From contig CM007989.1 in assembly GCA_002189035.1 (NCBI GenBank), positions 1,922,001-1,986,000 of the forward strand: DNA of 64,000 nt. The letters are read 5' to 3'. The notes beneath the pieces are model-generated. The model was not told the origin of the DNA. It was given only the letters and a program-made list of their open reading frames with translations, and did no database searches. The stretch comes from Utricularia gibba (Eukaryota; Plantae; Magnoliophyta). Within the stretch, counting starts at the first letter, position 1, and each line of letters begins with the position of its first letter. The position numbers were made by a program, and so were the translations under genes. Below are positions 62,807-64,000 of this stretch, piece after piece.

Positions 62807-64000
62807 TTAGACAGAAGGAAAGTACTTGTTGAGATTGAACGGCAAGGAGTAGAACTCTTCACTTCTTGTATCAGTCTTGAAGGACCGGAACTTGTCCCAC
62901 CAGTGCTTCCCCCTGTCCTTCCTAATCTGGTTGTCTTTCTTGTGAAGGGTGTTGTCGAGGAAGTATGCGAGCACCCCAGCCACGAAGGCTTTTGAAGAGA
63001 ACGGCACGTTCACCATGTCATTGAACTGGATAGGCAAGCACAGCAATCATAAGGATCTGGATACAGAGGGATGAAATCCAACAGATGCCTTCTCAAGCTT
63101 ACCCATCGTGCCGTTGTGTGGACAGGGCCATAGCCATTGATTGCAACATACTCATTGAAGTACTGTGGAATCGAGAGACCGAGAAAAATGGATAGCCCAA
63201 GGATGAACTTGGTCCTGAAACTGTTCAGGTTGCAGAACTGAAGGAAGCTCAGACCAGCTGAACCTGTGTGCATCACCAAGGACAGGAATCAGGAATGATG
63301 AACCATTTTATAGGAGCTAAAAAAGTGTTCCCAGGTCACAGACAGTGGTGGAGCTTCGTCAAACATGGTTAAGAAGCAAGGCATTGAGCCATACCAACAT
63401 ATGCGAAGAAGAGGCAGTACAAGGCTGCAACGATAGGGTCGGAATCGAAGCAAACACAGCTCCAAACTTGCCTGTTTGGTCACTTAGTCAGAGGTAATGC
63501 AGATGATGCGGTAGGAGGTAATAATTACAAGGGAGTAGTTGTTTACCTAGAATAGAAAAGAAGAGCATGAATCCGGCAGAAATCTGTACAACTCTACGGC
63601 TGCCAACACGAGTCAGGGCTAGTAGGCCAGCGTTCTCACTGCAACCAAGAGAGTAGCAGCACACACAAAGTGACGTGATGGAACAGAATTTAACTGGGAA
63701 TGAGCTTGCCTATATAGATATCTCACATTGACACAGAAGATCCACTAGCAGTCCCGAACAGTCCAGATAACAAGATGGCGATGCCCTGGTGGGAGTAAAT
63801 CAAACTTGATTGTTGTGTATAAAGTGAGCAGACTAAACAAGGGCTTGACTGATTCTAACCTGCCATCCAACACCACGGCTAAGGATAGATGGAGGCAAAG
63901 GTGTTGCACTGGCAAATCTGGACACAGCTATGAAGCCTCCAGTCGACTGAACTTAAAAGGAAAGCAGATGTTAGTTAGAAAATGAAGAGTTGGGCCCAGA
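62807..64000 (-). CDS. NAT: Nucleobase-ascorbate transporter (NAT6/7-like), 3' six exons only, runs off the window; one apparent frameshift at 63436-63438
   Basis: Motifs: STGGFIAVSRFASATPLPPSILSRGVGWQ, the NAT signature ENAGLLALTRVGSRR, GKFGAVFASIP, LSFLQFCNLNSFR, and terminal EEFYSLPFNLNKYFPSV*. Confidence 0.93.

Noticed and set aside
9738-63438. Programmed ribosomal frameshifting or slippage as a new genome-wide recoding system
   Set aside because: The sites share no slippery heptamer or evident downstream structure, runs are as short as G3, and other runs of similar length (e.g. C6 in the LON-RING exon, GGAGGGGGC in the DHH gene) are in frame. One-directional loss at homopolymers matches known sequencing error, so this is kept only as a testable alternative.
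1-64000. tRNA, rRNA, CRISPR arrays, U12-type introns, LTR/TIR transposase ORFs
   Set aside because: I found no cloverleaf, rRNA-like tract, spaced direct-repeat array, GTATCCTT/ATATCCTT donor at an exon boundary, or RT/integrase/transposase motif by eye. Small ncRNAs such as snoRNAs or miRNAs cannot be excluded without a covariance-model search.

Overview
Eukaryotic (flowering-plant) nuclear DNA. The window is very gene-dense: 20 recognisable intron-containing protein-coding genes in 64 kb (about 3.2 kb per gene), many introns of about 60-110 nt, short AT-rich spacers, and no transposon ORF, rRNA, tRNA or CRISPR array that I can support. Gene order: thymidine kinase (-), alpha/beta hydrolase (+), GET3/ASNA1 ATPase (-), class II PTEN/C2-FH1-FH2 formin (+), a single MADA-type CC-NB-ARC-LRR immune receptor (+), TPR-RING-LON protein (+), TOC1/PRR1 (-), GH17-X8 beta-1,3-glucanase (-), CDT1 (+), PnsB4/NDF6 (+), NAP1-related protein (+), POPEYE-like bHLH (+), VPS29 (+), HPP/NITR2 transporter (-), ELF5/WBP11 (+), DDR4-like DDT protein (+), mitochondrial-type uL13 (-), DHH/DHHA1-like protein (+), SDH7 (+), and the 3' part of a nucleobase-ascorbate transporter (-). 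The compaction plus an NRC-like NLR suggest a small-genome asterid such as a member of Lentibulariaceae (inference only). The strongest pattern is 11 frameshifts in 8 genes, all at homopolymer runs. Ten are G/C runs that are repaired by adding one base, which most likely reflects long-read consensus error rather than biology. The best biological leads are the singleton MADA-type NLR with tandem W-boxes, the motif-degenerate DHH protein sharing a site II-rich bidirectional promoter with mitochondrial uL13, a GC-AG intron in NRP, an inverted Hex-motif pair in the TOC1 promoter, and two unexplained coding-like segments (34979-35680 and 54768-55790). I do not see clear evidence of a wholly new multi-gene system.
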